A DNA stretch of 64,000 nt from a virus. Its lineage: Duplodnaviria; Caudoviricetes. How positions within the stretch are numbered: position 1 is the stretch's first letter; every line of letters starts with the position of its first letter. The notes under the pieces were generated by a model. That model was not told the DNA's origin, did not search any database, and worked only from the letters and a program-made list of their open reading frames with translations. Made by a program: the position numbers and the translations under genes. Shown here piece by piece: positions 18,658 through 28,570 of this stretch. The stretch lies in the IMG/VR virus record IMGVR_UViG_3300030202_001434, positions 1,233 to 65,232 of that record. The stretch is one strand, 5' to 3'.

Positions 18658-19190
18658 AATAATTTTTTTTTATTAATTACCAATTGAGGTAAATCTTTAT
18701 AATTTAAAGTGTACACATCTTTTTGTGCTTCCTTTATTTCGGTTTTATCAGTGCGATAAACACACACCCATTTACAATCTTCATGCATGTACGCTACTCT
18801 TTGCGTTCCTATCTCTGTCATCACTTTCATAGGAGCTTTTATTCTTTTTACTTCTCCTGCATCTGTTAAGATTGACATCTCGCCTTCTAAAAAAAAAGAA
18901 GGATGGTTTTGCTTATGTATAAAACTCACTACCAAAGAACCTTTAGGCATAAATATTTCTCTAGTATATAAACCATCTTTTAAATCATGCTTTACTGGAA
19001 ACACTTCATCCATAGCGTCTGTACTATGTTCTACTGCTCCATCCACTTGACTTAATTGGTTTCTAAAAGTTTCAATATTTTCCCACAACAAACCTCTGTT
19101 CATATGAACATAATTTAACAAAAGTTCTGGAGAATCTTTTTTTGTAAAAAATTTTCTCACTACTTTTTTTAAACTATTAATTAAGTTCAT
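18645..19190 (-). CDS. cupin-fold protein
   Basis: GLYTREIFMPKGSLVVSFIHKQNHPSFFLEGEMSIL. Confidence 0.6.
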   Translation of the reverse strand: MNLINSLKKVVRKFFTKKDSPELLLNYVHMNRGLLWENIETFRNQLSQVDGAVEHSTDAMDEVFPVKHDLKDGLYTREIFMPKGSLVVSFIHKQNHPSFFLEGEMSILTDAGEVKRIKAPMKVMTEIGTQRVAYMHEDCKWVCVYRTDKTEIKEAQKDVYTLNYKDLPQLVINKKKLLCQD

Positions 19191-19197
19191 TAGTTAA

Positions 19198-19205
19198 CAA
19201 AGATA
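19198..19205 (-). promoter_or_regulatory. Bacteroidota -7 promoter element TATCTTTG
   Basis: TAnnTTTG 7 nt upstream of ATG 19190. Confidence 0.65.
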
Positions 19206-19212
19206 ACAAATT

Positions 19213-19968
19213 CTAAGGATAACTTTTCATGATGTCGCTACCTACTGAGAATAGTTCTACCGGTGTTGTTTTATCATTAGTAAGTGTAAACTCCATGTAA
19301 TAACCTAACACACCATGTGATTCAGCAACACTGTTTTTATACGATAAAATAAAGTCACCTTGTACAGGGATATACGCCCCTTGTGCGGATGCGTCTACAG
19401 TAATCGTAGTAGCCGTCATTGCTGTAACATACCCTACCAACTCTGGCGTGGTCTTTGCATAGATGGCATCTCCTATACTTAGTATACTTCCAAACGGTTC
19501 TGTAAATGTTATAACTGTTGCGTTTGCAGGGCCAGCAACTGTTGTAGCTGAGCCTAATCCATTTGCTGATCTAAGCTTCCAGTTTACTGTATCTGACTTA
19601 CTTCTAATAAATGTAAACCACTCTCCTTCTTTTTGCTCAAAGTAAGTATCCAGCATAGATCCAGAATTAAGATCTGTTTTAATATTAGTAGCCGTCCAAC
19701 TTGAGTCACTTTCTAATGACATCGTTTTAAATAATTTTATATCTAAAGTAGGCTTAGGATTAAACACTCCTGTAATAGAAGACGTTCCTTGAATACCATA
19801 ATAGTTGTTTCTAATAGGGTTTGTATTGTGTCTGTATAAATTACCGCCTTTAAAAGAATAAAAATAACTATTCATCCCAATCATATAGTCAGGATAGTAA
19901 GTATAGAAAGATGGCCAACCTTGGCTGTCATTGTTATACGATAATGTCTGTAATGTTTCTATAGCCAT
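19213..19968 (-). CDS. tail nozzle/stabilization protein, C-terminal part as a separate gene
   Basis: TLSYNNDSQGWPSFYTYYPDYM...KLFKTMSLE...GVLGYYMEFTLTN...VELFSVGS resembles the C-terminal region of this family. Confidence 0.6.
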   Translation of the reverse strand: MAIETLQTLSYNNDSQGWPSFYTYYPDYMIGMNSYFYSFKGGNLYRHNTNPIRNNYYGIQGTSSITGVFNPKPTLDIKLFKTMSLESDSSWTATNIKTDLNSGSMLDTYFEQKEGEWFTFIRSKSDTVNWKLRSANGLGSATTVAGPANATVITFTEPFGSILSIGDAIYAKTTPELVGYVTAMTATTITVDASAQGAYIPVQGDFILSYKNSVAESHGVLGYYMEFTLTNDKTTPVELFSVGSDIMKSYP

Positions 19969-19978
19969 AATTTTTATT

Positions 19979-20929
19979 TTAACAATCCACTACTGATTGT
20001 ACCACACCGCTTGCGTTTACATTATACTTCTGATCGCCACCAACACCACCACTTGTTCTATACCATCCACTAGACAATGTTGTCGTCCCTGAACTATTAG
20101 TGTAACAAGTATCACCAGTTACTGGGTTAGATCCAGATACACCATCATGATAATAGGTAGTATTAACAGTTTCAAAACACGCATTCGGTGATGTTGTTGA
20201 TGTTTGTGATGAACTGTATGAATTATAAGTTGAAGGACAACTTGTAACAGCTGACACTGTACCAGTATTACTTGATATCTGCATATAAGTTCCATTACCA
20301 GTTGTAGATATTTTATAAAATCCATTAGCTAAAAGAGTTGGAGAAGTACCTTCACCTCCAGTTGCCATGCAGGAGTTATCATAACACACATCGTTTACTG
20401 CAGGCAATGAACCTGAACCATCATGATAGTATGTAGCTGATAATGTACCCACTGAACATGCTAACGTAGAAGTAGTTTGAGTTGTGCTACTACTAAACGC
20501 TGTTCCTGTAACAAACGTTCCTACGCTTGCTACTACACCAGAACCACCAGTAATTGAAATATATTGAGTCGCTGATATTTTATAAAATCCATTTCCTAAA
20601 AACGTCTGCCCTGCATCTGAATAACATACATCTGTAGCCACTGGTGTGCTACCAGAACCATTATGAAAATAAGTTTGATTTACTACGCCGTTGTAACAAG
20701 CTGACGGAGCATTGTTATATGCGCTAGAACCACTAAAGGTTGTACATTCACATGTAAACGTAGAGCTTAACACAGGGTTATTAGGCGCACCTGTCTGCTG
20801 TCTAAATGTATTAGAAGATGTTTTATACCAGCCATTTGAAGCCGCCGTTGTTAGTGCCGCATCTGTGTATATGGCTGTAGCGGTTGCAAAGGACGAGGTA
20901 TCTAAATAATAGGTTCCTTGCGTTGGCAT
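19979..20929 (-). CDS. Cys-rich modular virion protein (modules B-A-A-A)
   Basis: Three TY(Y/F)H(N/D)G..P...D.CY repeats after a TYYLD..FATATAIYTD module. Confidence 0.7.
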   Translation of the reverse strand: MPTQGTYYLDTSSFATATAIYTDAALTTAASNGWYKTSSNTFRQQTGAPNNPVLSSTFTCECTTFSGSSAYNNAPSACYNGVVNQTYFHNGSGSTPVATDVCYSDAGQTFLGNGFYKISATQYISITGGSGVVASVGTFVTGTAFSSSTTQTTSTLACSVGTLSATYYHDGSGSLPAVNDVCYDNSCMATGGEGTSPTLLANGFYKISTTGNGTYMQISSNTGTVSAVTSCPSTYNSYSSSQTSTTSPNACFETVNTTYYHDGVSGSNPVTGDTCYTNSSGTTTLSSGWYRTSGGVGGDQKYNVNASGVVQSVVDC

Positions 20930-20945
20930 TTATTTTATTTTATTT

Positions 20946-21944
20946 TTATGCACAATTCGTAACATCTGCAACAACTCCATTTCCTCCTGCTATCGATACT
21001 ACTTTTCTAGTTCCTCCATCATCTATACTAATGTGCCCATTTTGGATCGTTGACGTACCACCTACGTTTGTAAATATTGTATCTCCTGCTGCTGGATAAG
21101 TTCCAGATCCATTATGCCAGTAGTTATTAGTTCCTATAGTTGCTGTACAAACACTATTAAATGTTCCGTTTGGAGTACCTGAGAAATTAGTAAATGTAGC
21201 ACATCCTGTACAACATACATCATCTGCGCTTGTTCCTTTACATAAGCTGATCGCTGTTGCACAAGCCGCACATGTGCTAGTGTTAGCATCTAACGTACCA
21301 TTACCACCTGTTACTTCTTTATAAACTGAAGATGAGCTTGTAATTAATGCATAGAATCCATTACTTGCAGCTGTAGATCCAGATGCATCTGTATATAATT
21401 TAGTTGCCGCTGCAAATGTTGGTTGGTTCATGTAATAAGTTGTAGTTGAACCAGTACAACAAGCTACTGCGCTTGTACTACCAAACTGTAATCCTATTGC
21501 TGGGTAACAAGTAGCACACGCTGTTGCAGCACTAAAGTCTGAACCATCTGTTGCGTTTCCTGTTTTCTCTCTACTTTCACTGCTGTAAGAATAAAATTGA
21601 TTCGCAGCAAAGCTACTTAATAAAGGATTGGTGTATACATTGTTCGCTTGATCAAAAGCTGCGTTATCTAAATAGAATGTAGCTGTCGTTCCTGAACAAC
21701 ATGCAGCAAAAGCTGATGCACCATACCCTAAAGTAAACGCAGTTCCACAAGTTCCACATTGGGCTGAAGTTCCTAAAGCTCCACTACCACCCGAAACTTC
21801 TCTATAAACATTGTTATTATCTTTATACCATCCGTTAGGAGCAGTGTTAGACAGAGCTGCATCTGTATATAATGTAGTTGCTGATCCAGCTTGGCCTGAA
21901 GCCCAAACAGTTCCGTTCAAATAATAAGTATCTAATGTAGGCAT
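20946..21944 (-). CDS. Cys-rich modular virion protein (modules B-B-B-A)
   Basis: Internal repeats with CxxC and ACC linkers. Confidence 0.7.
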   Translation of the reverse strand: MPTLDTYYLNGTVWASGQAGSATTLYTDAALSNTAPNGWYKDNNNVYREVSGGSGALGTSAQCGTCGTAFTLGYGASAFAACCSGTTATFYLDNAAFDQANNVYTNPLLSSFAANQFYSYSSESREKTGNATDGSDFSAATACATCYPAIGLQFGSTSAVACCTGSTTTYYMNQPTFAAATKLYTDASGSTAASNGFYALITSSSSVYKEVTGGNGTLDANTSTCAACATAISLCKGTSADDVCCTGCATFTNFSGTPNGTFNSVCTATIGTNNYWHNGSGTYPAAGDTIFTNVGGTSTIQNGHISIDDGGTRKVVSIAGGNGVVADVTNCA

Positions 21945-21992
21945 GTGATTCTATTTAGTTCAGTAAATTTACAAAAAAAATTTATTATATCA

Positions 21993-22493
21993 TCAAGGAG
22001 TTCCACAAGGTTCTACGCTTGCCACAAACCCAGTATTGTTAGTTATTCTATATCTGGTACTTGTGCCTGACGCATTAGTGTGATACCATCCGTTTTGTAA
22101 TGGAGTGGTTCCTGCTTGATCTTGATATACTAACTCACCCATCGCTGGTATTGTGCCTGAACCGTTATGATAAAATGTTTGATCAAATGTTGTATTACCA
22201 CAAACACTTCCAAAAGTCCCCATAATAGTAGATGTAAAACTTGTGTAAGTAGTCCCACAACCCACACAACATACTTCACTTGCTGAAGTTACATCATAAC
22301 ATAATGAGATTGCATCGCCGCATGACGGACAATTAGCTGCTGCTTGAAGAAAACCATTTACTTGTCTTCTAGATATTGAACCTAAAGAATAATACCCATC
22401 CGCAGCTTTAGTTGTTAAAGCTTGGTCGGTAAACAAAGCTATTGCAGTTGCAAAACTGAATCCATCAAAATAATATGTTGCTCTTGTTGCCAT
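21993..22493 (-). CDS. Cys-rich modular virion protein (modules B-A)
   Basis: Same two modules as its neighbours. Confidence 0.7.
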   Translation of the reverse strand: MATRATYYFDGFSFATAIALFTDQALTTKAADGYYSLGSISRRQVNGFLQAAANCPSCGDAISLCYDVTSASEVCCVGCGTTYTSFTSTIMGTFGSVCGNTTFDQTFYHNGSGTIPAMGELVYQDQAGTTPLQNGWYHTNASGTSTRYRITNNTGFVASVEPCGTP

Positions 22494-22500
22494 AATTTAT

Positions 22501-25500
22501 TTAACAATATTGTAATCCATTTCCGTCTATTTCTCCGTTTTGTGTTGCAAACCATACTGTTGGTGAACCGGTAGCGTAAACTAATACGATCGAAGAAACT
22601 AATGTTCCTTGATTGTCACTATAGATTTTAGTGCCTGCACCATCACCTGGGCCTGTAGGTGTTGTTGTATAATATACTTCATCTAATGCTCCAGAATATA
22701 TACATGCTGAAGAAGGATTAGGTTGTTGTTTGCAGTTAAACGGATAGTACGTTACTGGTGTACATGTTACCACTGCTGAAACCTGACCTGTTCCTTGGTT
22801 TAAATTTAAGTATTGTGTAGAAGATATTCTATAATATCCATCAGGTAATATAGTTACACCTTGATCTGAATAACAGAAGTCTCCTGCTTGAGGAGCTGCA
22901 TTAGCTCCTGTATGATAGTATGTTTGATTTATCGTTCGTGTACAAATTGTAGACACTTGTTGATCCACTACACTTGAACTAAAGTATTTTATTGCACAAC
23001 TTCCAGTGCTTATAACAATACCATTACTATCTACTCTTATCCACTGATTACTTGAGCCTATTTGATAATATCCAGCTGTTAATTTTGTAGCTGTAGGCCC
23101 GTCACAGATAGAAGAAGAATAAACTGTATCTCCAATTCCTGGCAACGCATCGAATCCATCATGATAATATGTTTGAGTAGCAGCTTGGATACAAGCAATA
23201 CTTATAGAATCTTGACCTGTGCTCGAAGAATAAGGTGTACAATAATCTCCACAACCACAACATGCATCTGATTCAGTAGTTGCATCATAACAGAATGAAG
23301 CCGAGTTAGTTGTTCTATAATCATATATTAAATATAAATACTGATTAGCTGTTGGCAATGTAATGTTAGATACAGTTGCTTGATAAACTCCCGAAGATGG
23401 ACTGTTAACATCAGCATTAGGTATAGTAGCTGAAGCTGTAAGTAACGCCGTAATTTCACTTGCAGTATTATTATATAATGTATTAGAAGATAACCATGCA
23501 AAATTATCTTTGTTTACTATCCAATTGTAATCATCAAAATTAATTTTACTAGATCTCAATGTAACATTTGCACCATTGTAAGGGAATACACCAGTAGATC
23601 TAATTCCTTGTTGAACCACATATTGCGATGCAATTTGAGAGTCAGAACCAAACGTCATCATATTAGATGAAACAGGGCTAGTAACAACAGCATCGTTCCA
23701 TTTAAATTCATTATGAATAAATTTACCAGCATCATCTGCTGAGTTTAAACCTATTTGAATTATAGTTAAACCTTGCTCTATAGGACAATCAACAGTTAAA
23801 TCATAACTCACCGTTGGGTTTGGAGTAATAGTAACTATAGCAGTTGTTGGAGAGTTTTTAGTTTTATCAAAATTTAGAGTACCACTTGTTGTAGCATCAG
23901 TTACCGAAGCAACCGAGCTGCCATCCCAAGAAACCCCTACACTCATTGTACCGCTATTTATAGTATAATTAATTACCACATTACCTATCACATTACCTAA
24001 CTCAATAGTATACTGATGTTGTGTTGTAGAATTAACTAATGACTTTTGTGTACCACATGGTATAATAACAGGTGGTAAAGGAACACTTGTGCTGTTTGTA
24101 CTTAAAACATACTCATCCATGTATGGATCATAGCCACCTAATTTCTGCGTGTTTAACTGTACATTAAATTGATCTCTAAAGTAAGACCTCATTCCTGTGT
24201 CAGATATTACTTCTAACGCATCATTATTTTGAGAAGTACCTTTTAGTTTTAATACCGCCGTTCTTTTAGTGTCTGTAAAATACATATCGTATCCATGCGA
24301 AACAAAACTTTCTGGATTATAACTAATACCATATTCTTCTATTCTAGCTATTTGAGTTCCTAAAACTTGTGGAACAGAAGCAATAACTCCTCCTCCTGTA
24401 GAATCACTAATTAAATTTTTACCTGTTAAAACATAACTAATTTTATCTTCTTGTAAAACAAGTATATCAGTTTCTCTAGAATGTAATTTCATTATAGGCC
24501 CAAAACTTGTTTCTAAGTCTTTAAAATTTACTAAACCTAAATTAAATTCATTAAGATTATTTAAATTAGAATTGCTACTATATATACCACTGTAAGTTAA
24601 TTCAGCAAATCTATCTGCCTCTTTAAAATCTTGTGTTGATACAGCTAACACCCTTTCACCTAAGTTTAACGCTTGACCATCTAATGCATCTAATATCTTA
24701 TAACTTTCTACACCGTTTCCAAATGTGTAACAATTAAAAAATGGTAGCGTTACAATAGCATCTTGAGTTGCTGTTTGGTTTTGATCACCATTTCCGTTTC
24801 CTCCCATGTGATATCCACCTAAAATATCATAAGACTCCGATGAGTCATAAAACAAATTAGGATCAGCATCAGCAGGTTCAGTTTCCCAAACAATTAAATT
24901 GTTAGCTCTAGTAACAATTATCTCTGCTTCTATAAACCATGTCCCTGCACTACACGCAATTACACCACTTCTACAAGCAAGGTATAATGGTGAAGCTGCG
25001 TCTCCTGGAGTTGCTTGCCAAAATTGAAATCTTGGTGTCCAAGGATCTGGGCACTGAATACCACTCGGGCTAGTTGCAATTGTACTTTCAAAAACAGGTG
25101 TTTGAAACCTTCCATTACCATCGTCAATTACATCTCCAACTGCGGGATCTATAAAGTCTCCTACAAACCACGCATGTAAATCTGCATAATCATTAGAAGC
25201 TACATAATCTTGCTCCCACTCATATTCTATACCATCACATCCGCTATCAAACCTTCCAATTCTCCATTTTATTTGTACACTAGATTGAGCAGGGATAGTA
25301 TAATTTGTTGTTACATTATTACTGTCAGTTGTAAAAGCAGGGTATTGTAAGTAAGGAGCGCAGTATGACCTGTCTGAACCTCTTTCTTTTATCTCTCCCT
25401 CATCTATAACAGCATCTTCAGATAAATTTATACTAAAGTTTTGCCCTCTTATCTGCATGTATAATCCAGCTAATTGATTTGACTGAGCTGGAGCTTCGCC

Positions 25501-27645
25501 TTCTACCTCTAAAAAGTTAGACGATTCAGCGCTTACATCTAAAACTTGGCAAGTTACCTCTCTATTTAATGGGCCGTTTGCATCTCTTTTTACTACAAGT
25601 ATATCTCCCTTTTTTACTTTGTTTTGGTTATCACCTTCTAGTTTAAAATATATAACTCTGGTGCTTGTGCTTTGATAATAAAAATTAGAATATATTGTTT
25701 CATAACCTCCTTCACTTGGTTTTAAAACAAACTTATATTTAGTTGCCCATGCAGGAGGATAGTTTTCTATATTAACTTTTATTTTATTTTGATCTACAGA
25801 TGCTGAAGGAGGAACAAATGTTGTGTTAAATTCAGAAACTAAAACTGTAGAAGCTCTACCGTTATCATCCATATAAACAATACCTGTTTCATAATCTCTA
25901 TTACTATGTAAAGAAGAAGTGTCTTGGCTTGAAGTAAATGTTCCTTGTCCTCTTGAAAAATTAAAATATTCATACACATTAGTATTTCCTGAAGTATATT
26001 TCATTGCTAATACTTGTAAAGAAAATACATTAGAACCTACCGTAGAACCTATTCTAAACCCTTGTTGTGTTTGCGCATCTATACTACTATTTGTTTTAGT
26101 AAAAGAACAATTAGTTGGTACGATTGTTACTGTATTAAATAAATCGGTTAGAGATGTTCCCGAAGCTGATGACGCTAAAGGCTGAAAGTTTGAGTTCAAA
26201 ACTGTACCTATACGTTCAGCAAACTCAACTGAATTAACCATTTCGTAAACAGAAGTATAGTTTTTATTTATTGGAAATATAACCCTAAGTTCAAATGGAA
26301 TATTGTTAAAAGCCGCATCATAACAAGCGTCTGATGTGTCGCCATTTAATTGAGAATGTTCAATAAATAAAGTAAAAGATAAAGTTGTACCTTTTTTTAG
26401 TTTATTAGCTTGTTCTGTTAAATCAAAATTAATTTTTGAATTTTGAACTGTAGTGCTAGTGTTTGGATTTATAGTATATACATCACCGGTTGATACTGTA
26501 GGCTCAGCTAATTCTTCAAATAAAATATCATTAGTAAATAAAGAAGTAGTAAAGTTGATTGGTATATCTTGACCAGCTGCATTGACTATATCATAACCAT
26601 CTGTATAGTTACCATATATAAGTCTATTACCTTGTATTGTTTGCGCTTTAGCAACCTTAGGTACGTTGTCATATAGTCTTAATAACTCATCACTACCTAA
26701 TACTGTATAAATTTTACTATTAGTAAAAGTATATGTTTGTTTAGTGTTATTAGCCCATCCATAATCTGACTTCTTAAATCTTTCAATAACATAAATAGAA
26801 TTTGTATTACTTGGTTTAAATAATAAATCTACTTCAATTACTTTATCAGAACCTGTTTCAAATTCAACCTCAGCTGAATTATAAATGTTCTTCATTGAAC
26901 CGTTATTAAAATTATTTACATCAAACTGAAATGGCCCTGGTTGAAAAGCTGCAACAGAAAATAATGACGTTGCACTATATTCATTGTTTACATACCTATA
27001 CCTATAAGCAAAAGTAATAAACCTAGTATCCATATAATTCTCTTCACCAGGTATATCTATTAAGTTTACTTTTGGAGCTGGCAATGTGTCTAAAGAATCA
27101 AAACCAGGTGGTTTTAAAATAACACTAATATCACTTTCTTTTATAATGTCTGTAACCCCAGAAGGATCAGAATAATTTTGTGTTACGTTTATTTTTCTTG
27201 GAGGATTTTTATCGTCTGTAAAAAACAAAAGATCTTCTATTTTGTTTACACCTGTTATTAAAAACTTTGGATCAAAATTTAAAACAGTTGTACTAACAAC
27301 ATGATAAGTTATAGCTTCTGTTTGTATGTTAAAAGAAACGATTAAATCTAACTTACCGCCTATTACAGGGTTATTAGAATCATGCACAAACCAATATATA
27401 GTTTCTTTAGAACCATCTTCATACGCACCAATACATATAGCTGAATTAGAAAGATTCTGTCCTCCGTAAGCTAATGTAGTTAATTGTGAGTTTCCTTTAG
27501 AGTTTTCTACCGCACCTATTTCTGTAGTTTCAGTTGCTCCTAATCTAACATTGATTGCGTTTATATATTGGCCTTTTGGAACAAGACGTTCATCAACGCT
27601 CTTATTCATTTTACCTGCAATAAAATTTGTATTTACTATTGGCAT
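22501..27645 (-). CDS. tail nozzle/stabilization protein, N-terminal part, with C-terminal Cys-rich modules
   Basis: NFIAGKMNKSVDERLVPKGQYINAINVR, LFFTDDKNPPRKIN, GNGVES, YGISYNPESF, GGYDPYMDEYVLS. Confidence 0.75.
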   Translation of the reverse strand: MPIVNTNFIAGKMNKSVDERLVPKGQYINAINVRLGATETTEIGAVENSKGNSQLTTLAYGGQNLSNSAICIGAYEDGSKETIYWFVHDSNNPVIGGKLDLIVSFNIQTEAITYHVVSTTVLNFDPKFLITGVNKIEDLLFFTDDKNPPRKINVTQNYSDPSGVTDIIKESDISVILKPPGFDSLDTLPAPKVNLIDIPGEENYMDTRFITFAYRYRYVNNEYSATSLFSVAAFQPGPFQFDVNNFNNGSMKNIYNSAEVEFETGSDKVIEVDLLFKPSNTNSIYVIERFKKSDYGWANNTKQTYTFTNSKIYTVLGSDELLRLYDNVPKVAKAQTIQGNRLIYGNYTDGYDIVNAAGQDIPINFTTSLFTNDILFEELAEPTVSTGDVYTINPNTSTTVQNSKINFDLTEQANKLKKGTTLSFTLFIEHSQLNGDTSDACYDAAFNNIPFELRVIFPINKNYTSVYEMVNSVEFAERIGTVLNSNFQPLASSASGTSLTDLFNTVTIVPTNCSFTKTNSSIDAQTQQGFRIGSTVGSNVFSLQVLAMKYTSGNTNVYEYFNFSRGQGTFTSSQDTSSLHSNRDYETGIVYMDDNGRASTVLVSEFNTTFVPPSASVDQNKIKVNIENYPPAWATKYKFVLKPSEGGYETIYSNFYYQSTSTRVIYFKLEGDNQNKVKKGDILVVKRDANGPLNREVTCQVLDVSAESSNFLEVEGEAPAQSNQLAGLYMQIRGQNFSINLSEDAVIDEGEIKERGSDRSYCAPYLQYPAFTTDSNNVTTNYTIPAQSSVQIKWRIGRFDSGCDGIEYEWEQDYVASNDYADLHAWFVGDFIDPAVGDVIDDGNGRFQTPVFESTIATSPSGIQCPDPWTPRFQFWQATPGDAASPLYLACRSGVIACSAGTWFIEAEIIVTRANNLIVWETEPADADPNLFYDSSESYDILGGYHMGGNGNGDQNQTATQDAIVTLPFFNCYTFGNGVESYKILDALDGQALNLGERVLAVSTQDFKEADRFAELTYSGIYSSNSNLNNLNEFNLGLVNFKDLETSFGPIMKLHSRETDILVLQEDKISYVLTGKNLISDSTGGGVIASVPQVLGTQIARIEEYGISYNPESFVSHGYDMYFTDTKRTAVLKLKGTSQNNDALEVISDTGMRSYFRDQFNVQLNTQKLGGYDPYMDEYVLSTNSTSVPLPPVIIPCGTQKSLVNSTTQHQYTIELGNVIGNVVINYTINSGTMSVGVSWDGSSVASVTDATTSGTLNFDKTKNSPTTAIVTITPNPTVSYDLTVDCPIEQGLTIIQIGLNSADDAGKFIHNEFKWNDAVVTSPVSSNMMTFGSDSQIASQYVVQQGIRSTGVFPYNGANVTLRSSKINFDDYNWIVNKDNFAWLSSNTLYNNTASEITALLTASATIPNADVNSPSSGVYQATVSNITLPTANQYLYLIYDYRTTNSASFCYDATTESDACCGCGDYCTPYSSSTGQDSISIACIQAATQTYYHDGFDALPGIGDTVYSSSICDGPTATKLTAGYYQIGSSNQWIRVDSNGIVISTGSCAIKYFSSSVVDQQVSTICTRTINQTYYHTGANAAPQAGDFCYSDQGVTILPDGYYRISSTQYLNLNQGTGQVSAVVTCTPVTYYPFNCKQQPNPSSACIYSGALDEVYYTTTPTGPGDGAGTKIYSDNQGTLVSSIVLVYATGSPTVWFATQNGEIDGNGLQYC

Positions 27646-27646
27646 T

Positions 27647-28567
27647 TTATTTTAACCATTTATCCTGGCCTCTTAAGTTCATTAAAAGACGACCAGGGTG
27701 AATATTACTTAATCTAATTTTTGCATTTCTTAACAAAGATGACTTGTCTTTTCTTGCTCTGTTTACAATATATTCTTGTACACCTAATCTACCATTTAAA
27801 ATAGAATACCTTATATATGCGTATAAATATTCTTCAAATAATTTATTAACACTTATGTTTGCGTCATCACCATTCTCCATTCCATCCGATACATATTCTA
27901 ATACCACTGAAGCTCCAGAACCTATTGAGCTAAAATTAATTACACCTCTTTGCTTGTCGATACTAAATGTAGGATTAGTATTAGCTGTTTCAGTATTTAA
28001 TCCAAAACGAGATCCTATACCAAAATCAAAATACCAGCATCCGTCTACATTCCACCCTTCTTGTCCATTGTAAGGGCTTCTATCGTTTAAATAAATAGTT
28101 TTAGCACCGCTTGCAAATGAATTACTTAACTGTGAAAACTGTGGCTTTAAAACATTACCATCTTGATCGTATAATATTTTAGCATTATTGTCTTGTAAAT
28201 AAGTGTTAGCCCATCCTGTTTGTATGTTTTCAGTTAAAGGGTATAGTACACCATTTAAGTATTGTGATATCCTTACCCAGTTTACATAATCTGACGGCAA
28301 TATAAATCTTAAATTGTCATCTAAATCTAATTGTAATATTTTAATTTCTTTCATCGCATCGTAATTCAATTCTTGAATACCTCTTTTTGCATGAAATAAA
28401 ACTTGAAATCTATTTAAATTATTAAGCAGCTCGTGATTACCTTGATACATTAACATAAAGTTATTTACGATATCATTCAAAGAAACGTATTGGTATGAAC
28501 CCCAATTCTTATCTTGAGGTATCTGACCTGAGTTTGCGTAATATGCATAATCATTTATATAAGCCAT
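27647..28567 (-). CDS. tail tubular/ring (head-tail connector) protein
   Basis: ILPSDYVNWVRIS, VVLEYVSDG, LRNAKIRLS; position after capsid genes. Confidence 0.65.
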   Translation of the reverse strand: MAYINDYAYYANSGQIPQDKNWGSYQYVSLNDIVNNFMLMYQGNHELLNNLNRFQVLFHAKRGIQELNYDAMKEIKILQLDLDDNLRFILPSDYVNWVRISQYLNGVLYPLTENIQTGWANTYLQDNNAKILYDQDGNVLKPQFSQLSNSFASGAKTIYLNDRSPYNGQEGWNVDGCWYFDFGIGSRFGLNTETANTNPTFSIDKQRGVINFSSIGSGASVVLEYVSDGMENGDDANISVNKLFEEYLYAYIRYSILNGRLGVQEYIVNRARKDKSSLLRNAKIRLSNIHPGRLLMNLRGQDKWLK

Positions 28568-28570
28568 ATC

